Source of the DNA: Octopus bimaculoides
Lineage: Eukaryota
Direction of reading: 5' to 3'
Length of the DNA stretch: 64,000 nt
NCBI RefSeq assembly: GCF_001194135.2
Contig: NC_068981.1
Coordinates: forward strand, 198,678,007-198,742,006
Below the pieces are notes generated by a model, which made no database searches, had not been told where the DNA came from, and saw nothing but the letters and a program-made list of their open reading frames with translations. Positions 51,675-64,000 of the stretch are shown here, piece by piece (position 1 is the stretch's first letter; every line of letters begins with the position of its first letter). The position numbers and the translations under genes were made by a program.

Positions 51675-53431
51675 NNNNNNNNNNNNNNNNNNNNNNNNNN
51701 NNNNNNNNNNNNNNNNNNNNNNNNNNNNNNNNNNNNNNNNNNNNNNNNNNNNNNNNNNNNNNNNNNNNNNNNNNNNNNNNNNNNNNNNNNNNNNNNNNNN
51801 NNNNNNNNNNNNNNNNNNNNNNNNNNNNNNNNNNNNNNNNNNNNNNNNNNNNNNNNNNNNNNNNNNNNNNNNNNNNNNNNNNNNNNNNNNNNNNNNNNNN
51901 NNNNNNNNNNNNNNNNNNNNNNNNNNNNNNNNNNNNNNNNNNNNNNNNNNNNNNNNNNNNNNNNNNNNNNNNNNNNNNNNNNNNNNNNNNNNNNNNNNNN
52001 NNNNNNNNNNNNNNNNNNNNNNNNNNNNNNNNNNNNNNNNNNNNNNNNNNNNNNNNNNNNNNNNNNNNNNNNNNNNNNNNNNNNNNNNNNNNNNNNNNNN
52101 NNNNNNNNNNNNNNNNNNNNNNNNNNNNNNNNNNNNNNNNNNNNNNNNNNNNNNNNNNNNNNNNNNNNNNNNNNNNNNNNNNNNNNNNNNNNNNNNNNNN
52201 NNNNNNNNNNNNNNNNNNNNNNNNNNNNNNNNNNNNNNNNNNNNNNNNNNNNNNNNNNNNNNNNNNNNNNNNNNNNNNNNNNNNNNNNNNNNNNNNNNNN
52301 NNNNNNNNNNNNNNNNNNNNNNNNNNNNNNNNNNNNNNNNNNNNNNNNNNNNNNNNGCCCGTGGCATGTGTAAGGATTTTCGAGCGAGATCGTTGCCAGT
52401 GCCCCTGGACTGGCTCTTGTGTGAGTGGCACATAAAATACACCATTTTGAGCATGGCCATTCCCAGTACCGCCTGACTGGCCCTCGTGCCGGTGGCATGT
52501 AAAACATCCACTACACTCTCTGAGTGGTTGGCATTAGGAAGGGCATCCAGCTGTAGAAACTCTGCCAAATCAGATTGGAGCCTGGTGTAGCCTTCGGGTT
52601 TCACCAGTCCTCAGTCAAATCGTCCAACCCATGCCAGCATGGAAAGCGGACGTTAAACGATGATGATGATGATGATGTGTGTAGAATTTTGTATATATAG
52701 GTGTGTATAATATTGTATATATGCAAGTATGCATAATATTGTATATATGTAGGTGTATATATTGTATATATGTAGGTGTGTATAATAATGCATATACATA
52801 CCTGTGTATAAGTTTGTATATATATATAGGTTTGTATAATACTGTATATATATATAATACTGTATATAATATTGTATATATACATATAGGTATATATAAT
52901 ATTGTATATATATATAGGTGTATACGTGTGTAGAATGGTGTATATGTAGATGTGTATAATACTGTAAATATGTAGGTGTGAATAATATTGTATATAGATA
53001 TGTAGGTGTGTGTCATCTAATATAATAAATGCAAAAACTAATTTCTGTGTGTTACACTTTGACCCCCTCTCTCACTATTGAATAACACTTCTACTATTCC
53101 TTGTGTTGGGGTGAGAGTAATAGTAGAGATAGTGAGGGCAGTGGCAAAGAGAGGGAGAGGGAGAGGGGGAGAGAAAGAGAGACAAAGAAAATTAGGGAGA
53201 GTTGATGATGTTTTATTAAAAGTTGTAGTGTTGATGGTGGCAGTGAGAGTAATAATAAAAAAGAGAAAGAGAGAGAAAGACTGAGTAGTTGAGAGAAAGA
53301 GGGGGATGAAGTACAACTTTGTTTGACCATCTCTCTTTGACAGAAATTCGTGTGACCAACATTGTGTACCAGGAAATTGAATACAATCAATTTTGTTGTA
53401 TTTTTTTGCTTTGTTTAGTACATATATTTAT

Positions 53432-53470
<39 letters not shown>

Positions 53471-54775
53471 GATATTCAGGTATATATACTTCCAGTTTCG
53501 TATGGTTCAGACATGTTGTTTAGTGCTCCTGAAAACCGTAAATATATTTCAAAGAAAACAGCAAACTAATCTTCAAAGTGTACGAAAATACAATATATCT
53601 AAAAATTACGATATATTTAAAATCACCTCCAGGAATATACTGAGCAGAAAGAATCTTTGACAAAAGCACGAAGTCAAAGACATCGCTGTTTCTTCGATCA
53701 AGAAATTGACCNNNNNNNNNNNNNNNNNNNNNNNNNNNNNNNNNNNNNNNNNNNNNNNNNNNNNNNNNNNNNNNNNNNNNNNNNNNNNNNNNNNNNNNNN
53801 NNNNNNNNNNNNNNNNNNNNNNNNNNNNNNNNNNNNNNNNNNNNNNNNNNNNNNNNNNNNNNNNNNNNNNNNNNNNNNNNNNNNNNNNNNNNNNNNNNNN
53901 NNNNNNNNNNNNNNNNNNNNNNNNNNNNNNNNNNNNNNNNNNNNNNNNNNNNNNNNNNNNNNNNNNNNNNNNNNNNNNNNNNNNNNNNNNNNNNNNNNNN
54001 NNNNNNNNNNNNNNNNNNNNNNNNNNNNNNNNNNNNNNNNNNNNNNNNNNNNNNNNNNNNNNNNNNNNNNNNNNNNNNNNNNNNNNNNNNNNNNNNNNNN
54101 NNNNNNNNNNNNNNNNNNNNNNNNNNNNNNNNNNNNNNNNNNNNNNNNNNNNNNNNNNNNNNNNNNNNNNNNNNNNNNNNNNNNNNNNNNNNNNNNNNNN
54201 NNNNNNNNNNNNNNNNNNNNNNNNNNNNNNNNNNNNNNNNNNNNNNNNNNNNNNNNNNNNNNNNNNNNNNNNNNNNNNNNNNNNNNNNNNNNNNNNNNNN
54301 NNNNNNNNNNNNNNNNNNNNNNNNNNNNNNNNNNNNNNNNNNNNNNNNNNNNNNNNNNNNNNNNNNNTAAAAAAAAAAAAAAAGAAAAAAACCCCTTAAA
54401 AACCACATTCTTTAGGTCCACCCATTTCTTCTCTCTTGGAATAAGTCACTTTTCTTTCAAATCATGATGGAAAGTTTGAGGAACGCCTCAGTGCCATAAA
54501 GGAAGTCCTTACAAAATTGGATCAACATCATCATCGTTTAACGTCCGCTTTCCATGCTGGCATGGGTTGGATGGTTTGACTGAAGGCTGGTGAGCCGAAA
54601 GGCTGCACCAGGCTTCAATCCAATCTGGGGATGTTTCTACAGCTGGATACCCTTGCCCTTCCTAACGCCAACCACTCTGAGAATGCAGTGGGTGACTTTT
54701 ACGTGCCACCAGCACAGGAGCCAGTTAGGCAACATTGGCAACGACCATGCTGGAGTGGTGCTTTTTACGAACATA

Positions 54776-57298
54776 TTCCTGATGGGTAACTTTAACTTCC
54801 CCAACATCAGGTGGCCTCAGGGCAATATAACCCCAGGAATGACGCACAGAATGCGAAATCAAGCAGAAACGCTACTTGATCTTATGAAAATGCTATTCAT
54901 GGAGCAGATCCTACTCTCTCCAACCAGGCACAAAAATATCATGAACCTCTCTTTTACAAACAATGTGGAAATTATTAACAACGTAAATAAATCACCAACA
55001 ATATTCTCAGATCATAACATGATAGAACTAACAATGTATGGCCCAGAATTAACTGAAGATAAACTCTGCACAGATGGCACTCAAACCCTATCCAGCCTAA
55101 ATTTCTGTAAGGCTGATTGGAAGTCACTTGAGAAAACATACTCCAGAAGGACTGGCCTAAAAACCTCTCTATGCAAGACATTGTTATGAAACTCAATAAA
55201 TTCATGTCAATAATGCAAGCCATATGCATTAAATATGTCCCAGAGAAGGGAGCCAATACACACAAAAATATCATTCCCTGAGACAGGAGAATAAAGATTT
55301 TGAATCATTTAAACAAACACCTTAATGACTGTGTGAAATCCCACCTGGCAGAGGAATTCTTCAAGATAGAAAATGAACTCAAAATTTCCCATGAAAAAGA
55401 AAGAGAAACCTGGGTTTTCGAAAATATAAAAAAGAAATCCTAAAGCCTTCTACACGTTTGCAAAGGAGTCTGCCTGAGTATGCTCTAAGATAGGGCCACT
55501 ATTTGGTAAAAACAGCCCACACACTGCAGACCCAGGGAAGATAGGTGAAGCACTAAATAAACAATTCTATAGTGTTTTCACTTCTCCACTGGAAAATATG
55601 CAAATAAACAAGATGGAGTTTTTCAATGAAACGAATCTATTCGGAAAAGAGGCAACCATGGATTACATCAGCATAAAAGAAGAGGATGTAATATTGGCCA
55701 GTGTTGAAATGAGATCAAACTCAGCAACAGGCGCAGATGGACTCCCAGTTGTTCTCTTAAAGACATGTAAAAAGTCTCTTGCAAAGACACTGCAGATACT
55801 CTTTCAGAGTTTCCTTGCATGTAGTAAACTTCCCAACATGCTAAAAGAGAGTATAATATGCCCTGTCCATAAAGGAGGAGAGCAGAGCAGATGCTAAAAA
55901 CTACCACACGCCTGTCTCTCTGACCTCACATTTTAGCAAGTCAATGGAACGCATTGTCAGAAAAAGGCTGATCACGTTCCTAGAAGAAACCAACCTTCTC
56001 ACAAAAAGGCAACATGGCTTCCATCCAGGGAGGAGCTGCCTCACACAGTTGCTGCAGCACTTTGACTGGGTTCTGAAGCAACAGCTAAACCAGTCAGCTG
56101 TAGACATGATACACATAGACTTTGCCAAGGCCTTCGACAAGGTTTATCATAGCATGATATGTCACAAGTTGCGAAACCTTGGTATTACCGGGAAACTGGG
56201 AGACTGGCTGCATGATTTTCTGAAGGGCAGGAGTCAGACAGTTGTAGCCAATGGTTCTCACTCTGAAGAGACACCAATTCTTAGCAGAGTTCCACAGGAA
56301 GCTGTACTGGGGCCACTACTACATGCAACCAATCTGACCAGTTATACTGACGACACAAAAATATTGCAGGCAGTTAGGAACCCAGAGGACGACATAAGAC
56401 TACAGAAAGATCTGAATGAAACCTACAAATGGGCTAACAAAAATAACAATGCTATGAAATTTCAGCCACTTCACTATTGGTCCAACACCCAGCTAAAATT
56501 GTTATACACTGGACCAGAAGGTAATACGATCCCAGAGTCAGAGTCGGTGTATGACCAAGGGGGTTCACATGAGCAATGATGCAACATTCCATGTGCATCT
56601 TACCAAGATGGCAACACTGTGCGGATGAGTGGCTGGATGGATTGTGAGGAGATTCAAAACCAGGAAAAGGGAGGCCCTCCTACTCCTAAGGAAGACTTTC
56701 GTTTTCAGCCGCTTGGACTACTGCTCCCAACTATGGTCCCCAGAGAGCATGAAACTAACTGTGGAACTCGAAGCAACAGCTAAACCAGTCAACTCGAAGC
56801 AATCCAGCGCCAATACACAGAGAAGATTGACTTGATGCAAATGATGGGCACTACTGGGAGAGGCTGAAGGAGCTGAGTCTCTATTCCCTGGAGAGAAGAT
56901 GAGCGGGAGAGACAGTGATATATATTTGGAATATCTTGGAGGGTTTAGCTCCTAATTTTGGAATTGACAGCTACACCAGTCCCCGAACTGGACGGCACTG
57001 CATCATACCAAAGATCCTGTCTTGCTCATCTAAAATAAGGACACAGTACTGCAATAGTCTGGGTTTCAAGGGCCAGCAATTGTGCAACATCATGCCAAGT
57101 AACCTTAGAGATCTACATGGTGTTGATGTGGACGTTTTCAAGGAACGTCTGGACAGGTTTCTGTCTGAGCTACCAGATGAACCCACATCACAGCAGGAGA
57201 TGCAAAGAAGAGCAGCTTCGTTCAACTCGCTTCTTCATCAAAAACTATACTGGAAACAAAACTGAGTAACTACAGGTGGTGCACCAGCATGACCTCAG
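54776..57298 (+). mobile_element. 5'-truncated CR1/L2-clade-like LINE (APE C-terminus + RT + C-terminal domain), disrupted
   Basis: GNFNFPNIRW, PTR, SDH (APE); QHGF..GRSCLTQLL, DFAKAFDKV, VPQ..VLGP, YTDD (RT); many stops and frameshifts. Confidence 0.88.
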
Positions 57299-57301
57299 AC
57301 C

Positions 57302-58500
57302 TAGGGGTTCACCAAGGATCAGTCCTCAGCCCCCTCTTACTCATTATAGTCTTCTAGGCAATAACAGGAATTAAAGACAGGCTGCCCCTGGGAGCTCCTC
57401 GATGCTGATGACCTTGCTCTAATAGCCGAGTAACTGCCAGAACTAGAGATGAAGTTTAGGGTGTGGAAGCAAGGTCAAGAATTGAAGAGCCTTAGGATAA
57501 ACCTAGCAAAAACCAAAGTCTTAGTAAGTAGGAAAGCTGACAAGTCACAAATCCCTTCAGATAGATGGCTCTGCTTAATCTGTAGAAAAGGTGGAGGCAG
57601 AAACTCCATACGATGTACCCAGTGTAAGATATGGACACATAAAATGTGCAGCAATATCAAAGGAAGGTTAATTGGGAAGATAATTTTTGTGTGTGGCAGA
57701 TGCACAGGGGCAATAAACACTGAAGATGTACAGAAAGCAAATTCCATCACATACCAGGGGGAAGAAACTAGAAGTAGTTAATAGCTTCTGCTACCTAAGC
57801 GACCAAGTCTGTAGAGGGGGTTGTTGCTCTGAGAGTGTAGCAGCTAGAATAAGAATAGCCTGGGCAGAGTTCAGGGAGCTCCTACCTCTGCTGACAACTA
57901 AGGGCCTCTCGTTCAGGATGAAAGGTCAACTGTATGATGCATGTGTGTGAACTGCCATGCTACACGGCAATGAAACATGGGCCATGAATGCTGAGGACAT
58001 GCGTAGGGTTGAAAGAAATGAAGCTAGTATGATCCGCTGGATGTGTGACGCCAGTGTGCATACATGACAGAATATAAGCACCCTGAGAGAAAAGTTGGAC
58101 TTAAGAAGCATCAAATGTGGGGTGCAAGAGAGGCAACTCTGCTGGTATGGTCATGTGTTACGTATGAATGAAGACAGCTGTGTGAGAAAGTGCCACTCCC
58201 TAACTGTAAGGAACCTGTGGAAGAGGTATACCCTGGAAGGCATGGGATGAGGTGATGAAGCATGACCTTTGAACATTGGGCCTCACAGAGGCAATGACAG
58301 GAGACCTTTGGAGATACGCTGTGATTGAGAAGACCAAGCAACTAAAGTGAGATGGCAGCCACGTATGTCCGGCCATGTTAAGAATACTCCTGATGCGTTG
58401 GGCGATATGATATGCTTGAAAGGACCTGTTGAGTCAAGTAAAACAAATACTATGACGATTGGTGCAATAACCTCGTGCATGGGCATTGCAGGCATTTTGC
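57302..58500 (+). mobile_element. RTE-clade LINE fragment (RT C-half with Cys-rich PHD-like insert, ORF end, partial 3' UTR)
   Basis: GVHQGSVLSP, ADDLAL, CLICRKGGGRNSIRCTQCKIWTHKMC, WAEFRELLPLL, WYGHV. Confidence 0.85.
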
Positions 58501-59068
58501 ATGGACAATGGTCAGTTGGTCAATGATGGTGTTCTTCAACAAGTTCTTTCTGACCCCAGCCTGGCAAATTGGAAATTAAAATCATAGAAAAGATGATATC
58601 ACCCCAACAACTAGCATTTTCACATCCGAGTCTTGCAGAACATTTCCATAATGAATCTAAATAGAATCGTTTTGATTGTTGCTGCTTCATTAGGAAGTTT
58701 ACTTCCCAAGAAAATAGTTTTTGGTTCGCTCTCACAGCATGGCACTTTGGGAAAAATGTCTTTGGCTATAGTAAATCAAAGCCATGTGATTGGATTTGAT
58801 GGAGGGAAACTGAAAGAAGCCCATTGTATGTATATGTGTGTATGTGTTTGCATGTGTTTGCATGTGTTTGTGTCTCCTTGTGTTGACATTGTGTGAGTGT
58901 TGTAAACAAGTGTCACCTCTTTACAACTGATGTCCTTCATTTTAAATCTTCCATGGAAACATGTCTGGTCAAGAGGGAGAAACATGTTACTTTACTTGGA
59001 AACAGGTGACAGGAAGAGCATCCAGCCATAGAAAATCTGCCTCAACAAATTCTGTCTTACCCATACAA

Positions 59069-59440
59069 GCAGGCGTGGCTGTGTGGTAAGAAGTTTGCTT
59101 CCCAACCGCATGGTTCTAGGTTCAGTTTCACCGCATAGCACCACCTTGAGAAAGTGTCTTCTACTATAGCTTCAGGCTGACCAAAGCCTTCTGAGTGGAT
59201 TTAGTAGATGGAAACTGAAAGAAGCCTGCTGCATATATATATATATATGCATGTGTGTGTCTGTCTGTCCACCACCACCACCATTTCACAACTGCTGTTG
59301 GTGTGTTTACAGCCCCATAACTTAACAGTTTGGCAAAAGTGACTGATAGAATAAATAACAGGCTTTAATAAGAATAAGTCCTGGGGTCGATTCATTCTAC
59401 TAAAACTTCAGGTGTTGCCCCAGCATGGCCACAGTCTAAT
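59069..59440 (+). mobile_element. tRNA-derived SINE (family B) with internal (TA/TG)n tract
   Basis: GGCGTGGCTGTGTGGTAAG A-box and GGTTCAGT B-box-like motifs. Relatives at approx. 18371-18735(+), 51467-51630(+), 11818-11985(-) and 61130-61315(+, 3' half). Confidence 0.8.
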
Positions 59441-60574
59441 GCAGTGGTTCCCAATCCTTTTATTCAAAGGAGTTTTTCCATGGACCCCTTTTAACATGCT
59501 TATACTTTTGTTAGGCCTCACCGAGGCAATGACTAGTGACCGAGACCTTTAGAAATATGCTGTGCATGAGAAGACCCGGCAAGCTAAGTGAGACCATAAT
59601 CCGTGGCCTCTGCCAGGGGTGTAGCCAGCCCACTTATGTGTACCTTTCCTTCATTGGACACAAATCCCTGCTTGCGAAGACTTGTTGAGGCAAGTGAAAT
59701 CGAACCAAATTCGACGACTGGCACCCATGCCAACCTTCATTGGACACTAAACTCAGCTTGCAAAGACCTGTTGAGGCAAGTGAAATCAAAACTGAACCAA
59801 ATTCGATGGCTGGCACCCGTGCCAGTGGAGCACTAAGAGCACCATCCAAGTGGGATCACTGTCAGAGCAGCAGTCTCGCTTCCGTGCCGGTGGCACATAA
59901 AAAGCACCATTTGAGCGCGATCGTTTCCAGCTTCGCCTTACTGGCACTCGTGCCGGTGGAATGTGAACAAAACATTGGACTGACTCCTGTGCAGGTGGCA
60001 CATAAAAAAACACCATTTGAGCGTGGCCGTTGCCAGTACCGCTGGACTGGCCCTCGTGCTGGTGGCACATAAAAAGCACCCACTACACTCTGAGTGGTTG
60101 GCGTTAGGAAGGGCATCCAGCTGTAGAAACTCTGCCAGATCAGATTGGAGCCTGGTGCAGCCACCTGGTTCATCAGTCCCCAGTCAGTTCGTCCAACCCA
60201 TACTAGCATGGAAAGCGGATGTTAAATGATGATGATGACATATGAAATTTTGAAATTAGTTCCTAAACCCCCAGTACTACCTTTATAGACCACAAGGGGT
60301 CCGCAGAGCACAGGTTGGGAACCACTGGTTTAATGGCTGAAACAAGTACAAAATAAAGATGCAAGCATGAGAAAGTAGACATTAAATTGATGATGATGAT
60401 GATGATAGTGATGATGGTGGTGATGATGATGGTGATGGTGACTATAGTGATGATGGTGGTGGTGGTGGTGATGATAGTTTCCCTAACATAATAAATACAA
60501 CATTTACTGGTCATCAGTTTTGTCTCTCTTTTAATGAAATCAAAAAACTAAAAAAGACAAAAGCGTGAGCTTAC

Positions 60575-60750
60575 TTTGCTTGATGTTTGTTGTATTTATT
60601 TCGATGAACTCGTCTCTGTCCGGTCGGGATTGCTCATGGGGCAACCCCAGCATGTGCAGCAATTCATGCATTACGATGCCGTTCAACCGACAAAATACAC
60701 TGAGATAGATACTTTGCACTTTCCCTTGATATCCAATTTGACTGCCACAA
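60575..60750 (-). CDS. Gene 2 zinc-binding exon CGSQIG...HELLHMLGLPHEQSRPDRD
   Basis: TTTGCAG| acceptor, |GTAAGC donor, 176 nt. Confidence 0.95.
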
Positions 60751-61880
60751 CTGCAAACGAGCAAATAATTTGCTTAATTATTAATTAAGCAATATGCAAC
60801 ATGTATATATGCTTCTATCGACATTTTTTTACGGTTGTCTGTGGAGTGGGGTGGAGGGGAAGAAAGGGGGGAGACAACCATCTGAAAGAACTTCATATCA
60901 GGGGTTGTGTCCCTCTTGTCACAAGTCACCACTACCAGGTGGCACTCTGTTTGTAAACCGGTCTGTGTGGTGGTGGTGGAGGTGGTGGTGGGCAAAAAAG
61001 TTTGGTCAGAGTGAGAAATGGGACGTATTTATGACGTTGCATAAATAATAATAATAATAATAATGAGGAGGAGGAGGAAGAGTAAAGAAGAGAAAGGGGG
61101 GTAAGTTTTTAGTAGGAGGTGAATAATGAAGTATTGACAACCAGTGTTGGTGTGTTTACATCCCTGTAACTTAGCGATTCAGTGAAGAGGGACTGATAGA
61201 ATAAGTGCCAAGCTTAGAAACCGGTCCTGGGGTTAATTTGTCTGACTAAAACTCTTCAAGACAGTGCCCCAGCATGGCCACGGTCAAATGACTGAAACAA
61301 GTGAGAAAAGAATAAAAGAAAATACCATCATCATCATCATCGTGATTTAACGTCTGCTTTCCATGCTGGCATGGGTTGGACGATTTGACTGAGGACTGGC
61401 AAGCCAGAAGGCTGCTCCAGACTCCAGCCTGATTTGGCAAGGTTTCTACAGCTGGATGCCCTTCCTAATGCCAACCACTCCAAGAGCGTAATGGATGCTT
61501 TTACCTTCCACTGGCACGGGTGCCATATGTGTGACACCAGTATCTGCCATGACTGTGATTTTGCTTGGATTGATGGGTCTTCTTCTCAAGCACAACATAA
61601 TGCCAAAGGTCTTGGTCATTGACTTTGTGAGGCCTAAAACTCAAAAGGAGCTGTTCATGTGCCACTGACACATCAACAGCTTTGCTTCCATGAGGCTCTC
61701 TGTTAGAAAGGTGCTTTTTACGTGCCACCGACAAAGGTGCCAGTTACGTGACCCCAGCATTGGTCATGACTCTGATCTAACTTGGCTTGATGAGCCTTCT
61801 CAAGCACAGCATATTGCTAAAGGTCTCAGTCACTAGTCATTGCCTCTGTAAAGCAATATATATATACACACACACACACA

Positions 61881-62085
61881 TAAGGAAATGAGATGACAAA
61901 GGACAAAATGAATATCTTATGAGCTTCCATTAGCTTACAGCTGTTTCTGCTCTAAGATGCAGCAGACTCATAGTTGAATGCCTGAGGAACACCTTCAAGT
62001 CCACTGCATCTTAGAGCAGAAACAGCTGTAAGCTAATGGAAGCTCATAAGATATTCATTTTGTCCTTTGTCATCTCATTTTCTTA
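61881..62085. repeat. Fold-back inverted repeat (82-bp arms, 41-bp spacer) with hammerhead-like core elements
   Basis: 61881-61962 vs 62004-62085 has 1 mismatch; CTGAGGA in the spacer and GAAACAGCTGTA in the arm. Confidence 0.7.
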
Positions 62086-62599
62086 TTCTGTACTCTGTAC
62101 TCGACTAATGCGTCATTCTGAAGCAGATGTATATTGAGTTCTACTCCAGGTTATTAGTCATGCAATGCCTAAACAAATTATTAAAATGTAACATATATAT
62201 ATAAACAATGGGATATCCAGAGTTGATGCAGTACGACCATTTCAAGTGACTCCATTTAATTGAACAATGCAATCATTACATTAATTTAAATGCAGAGCTA
62301 TCCTCAGTTGCATAAATAAATAAATAGAATTGATTTAATCAGTTGGACACATTTGTAGAATTTTACTTAAATCCTCAAAGAGGGTAAGAAGACAAAGTCC
62401 ATGCTGTTCTCACTTCAGCTTAGAAGCTTCTCCTTCACCTTATTTTGAAATTGTACCAATAATACTGCACTAATTTTTGGTGCCTCAACTTAAGTACCTA
62501 ATTCATCTGAATCCCAATTATTTTGTAATACACACACACACACACACACATGTGATGTGTAGGGAGTTGATGTTTGTATAGATTTTACCATTTTTTAAA

Positions 62600-63180
62600 G
62601 TAAAATGTTTAGCTATTTGTAAATGTTTTCATTCCTAGACATGTGTCCTCCTATTTTGTTCCACTACCATTCACCATCTTCGAGGCAGCTTCAAGACTCC
62701 ATCCTCCCACCATATGGCATCCTTCTGGGTCATGAACTGCTCTAAGTGGTTTTTACAGTTTTCCAAATAAGTTCTTCTCACTAAGAGAACTTTGTAAGGA
62801 TTAAAATAAAGGGTAATCCAATGATGCAATGTCTGGTGAGTATGATGGGTATGTAAGAACATTCCAGCCAATTTGTTCCAATTTCTGCCAGGTTTACAAG
62901 GAAATATGAAACCTAGCATTGTCCTTAGGAAAAACAACACACTTCTGATTGACCAATTCTGGACATTTTTCATTGATTGGCTCCTTTAATCAGTCTAATT
63001 GGGAACAATAATTGTCTGAATTCAATGTCCAATTTTATAGAAGTGACTTTGTAATACACAAAGTCCTTCCGATTCCACTGGACGCTGAGCATTACCTTCA
63101 TTGGACAATAGTTTTTTGGGATCAGAGATGACCTATGGCTAAACACCAGTGGTTCCTGTGTAAGACACCATTTCTGTCAG
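62600..63180 (-). mobile_element. Degraded mariner transposase relic
   Basis: KVMLSVQWN...NSDNYCSQLD...EKCPELVNQKCVVFPKDNARFH, a HPSYSPDI-like segment and KLPRRW. Confidence 0.75.
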
Positions 63181-63208
63181 TAGATAAAATAAAAATAAAT
63201 ATATTCAC

Positions 63209-63344
63209 CCAGTTGCATTTACAAATTGAATATAAATTTTCTCGTTAGTTTGATTAACGAATGTAATACAATCTTTTCCGTTGTAACGAGTTAGGTCCTC
63301 AATGGTTTTCATTGCTGTTAGAAACTTTTTCTTGTCAAGTTCAG
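63209..63344 (-). CDS. Gene 2 catalytic-domain exon ELDKKKFLTAMKTIEDLTRYNGKDCITFVNQTNEKIYIQFVNAT(G)
   Basis: TATTTCAG| acceptor, |GTGAAT donor on minus strand, 136 nt, phase 1-2; contains the CIxF motif. Confidence 0.88.
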
Positions 63345-64000
63345 CTGAAATACATAAAATTAACATAAAATTAGAGCCAATAAGAAAGTCTCTTGTCATA
63401 CTAGAAACAACAAATATTCTTCAAATTGCATGTTACCATCTTAAGAAAGAACACAGTGGACATGGAAGTTCTAGCTACACAAAAACACAAGATATGGTCA
63501 TGGCAGGAACGTCTTTGATCATAGTTCAGCTTCGTCAGTTCTAACCTAGGGTTAAAGAACAACGTTTAGAGAATATTGATGTTTGATATGACTGTCTGCC
63601 CTGTTTTATTTAGCAAAGCTTTTAAGGATAGAGAGAGAGAGAGAGAAAGAGAGAGAGTGTGTGTGTGTTTTACAGTGAAGGCTAATTTAATGACCACCTC
63701 CAAAGAGAGGCAGTTTGTATTGTCATTGTTCAAAGGACATATATCTTATCCCACCCCCCCAGTATGATGCAACAAGGGAGTATCTACGTAGTCACTTGAC
63801 TTACTAGATATAATAACTAAATCTCTCATTACATTCTGTGATCTTAAAAAGAGGAAGGATATATATTGTGTAATGTAGTCCAAGGTAGACCATGTCTGAA
63901 ATGAATAATGGCAAAGTGATGGCTAGCATGCTGTTAATCATAGACCTCTTCTGTAGAGGTTGACCTGGGGCTAAACTATAATTACTTTATCCTGGAGTAG

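Larger units (their letters stand above)
45472..53010. repeat. Fragmented ~24-bp minisatellite (GTGTATAATATTGTATATATGTAG)n
   Basis: Blocks at approx. 45472-45500, 46520-46756, 48327-48447, 49010-49040, 49761-49835, 50629-50661, 51091-51125, 51415-51455 and 52676-53010. Confidence 0.85.

Noticed and set aside
53520-53711. Stop-free minus-strand frame next to a gap (GQFLDRRNSDVF...)
   Set aside because: No astacin similarity or recognisable domain and no clear splice sites; probably a repeat end.
42765-60574. Possibility that exons 60575/63209 belong to a third astacin gene
   Set aside because: Phase and sequence join cleanly (IKQ-N-RRSNF, matching VQK-G-HEKNF in gene 1) and no duplicate exons are visible; hidden exons in the gaps cannot be fully excluded.
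63500-63545. CTGACGA-AGCTGA...TCA-AAGACGTT on minus, a possible hammerhead; also checked for the next 5' exon of gene 2
   Set aside because: GAAA and helix geometry are missing, and no frame in 63345-64000 gives an RNA..WP..IP exon.

Overview
AT-rich, gap-ridden eukaryotic scaffold; the SINE/LINE families and gene type suggest an octopod cephalopod (inference). I reconstructed two convergent, multi-exon paralogous genes for astacin (M12A) zinc metalloproteases with one C-terminal MAM domain, the architecture of cephalopod ALSM/myosinase-type enzymes. Gene 1 (+, 536-29955) has 10 visible coding exons, including a 16-nt microexon; one further exon is probably hidden in an N gap. Gene 2 (-, 33501 to >63344) has 6 visible exons and its 5' end lies outside the window. 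Three exons are identical in length between the genes (176, 246, 165 nt). Introns are filled with microsatellites, tRNA-derived SINEs, RTE and CR1-like LINEs, Tc1/mariner relics and a Helitron. The most notable unannotated signal is a set of type I hammerhead-ribozyme motifs with short palindromic helix III, the form known from Penelope-like retroelements. One (9235-9324, sense strand of gene 1 intron 2) has an intact catalytic core; the others are decayed, and several long fold-back inverted repeats accompany them. Also seen: an exact internal inversion of a Helitron helicase ORF, a roughly 24-bp minisatellite broken up by about 8 insertions, and a 3' tail shared by a SINE and a LINE. All alignments and folds were done by eye; no database searches were run.
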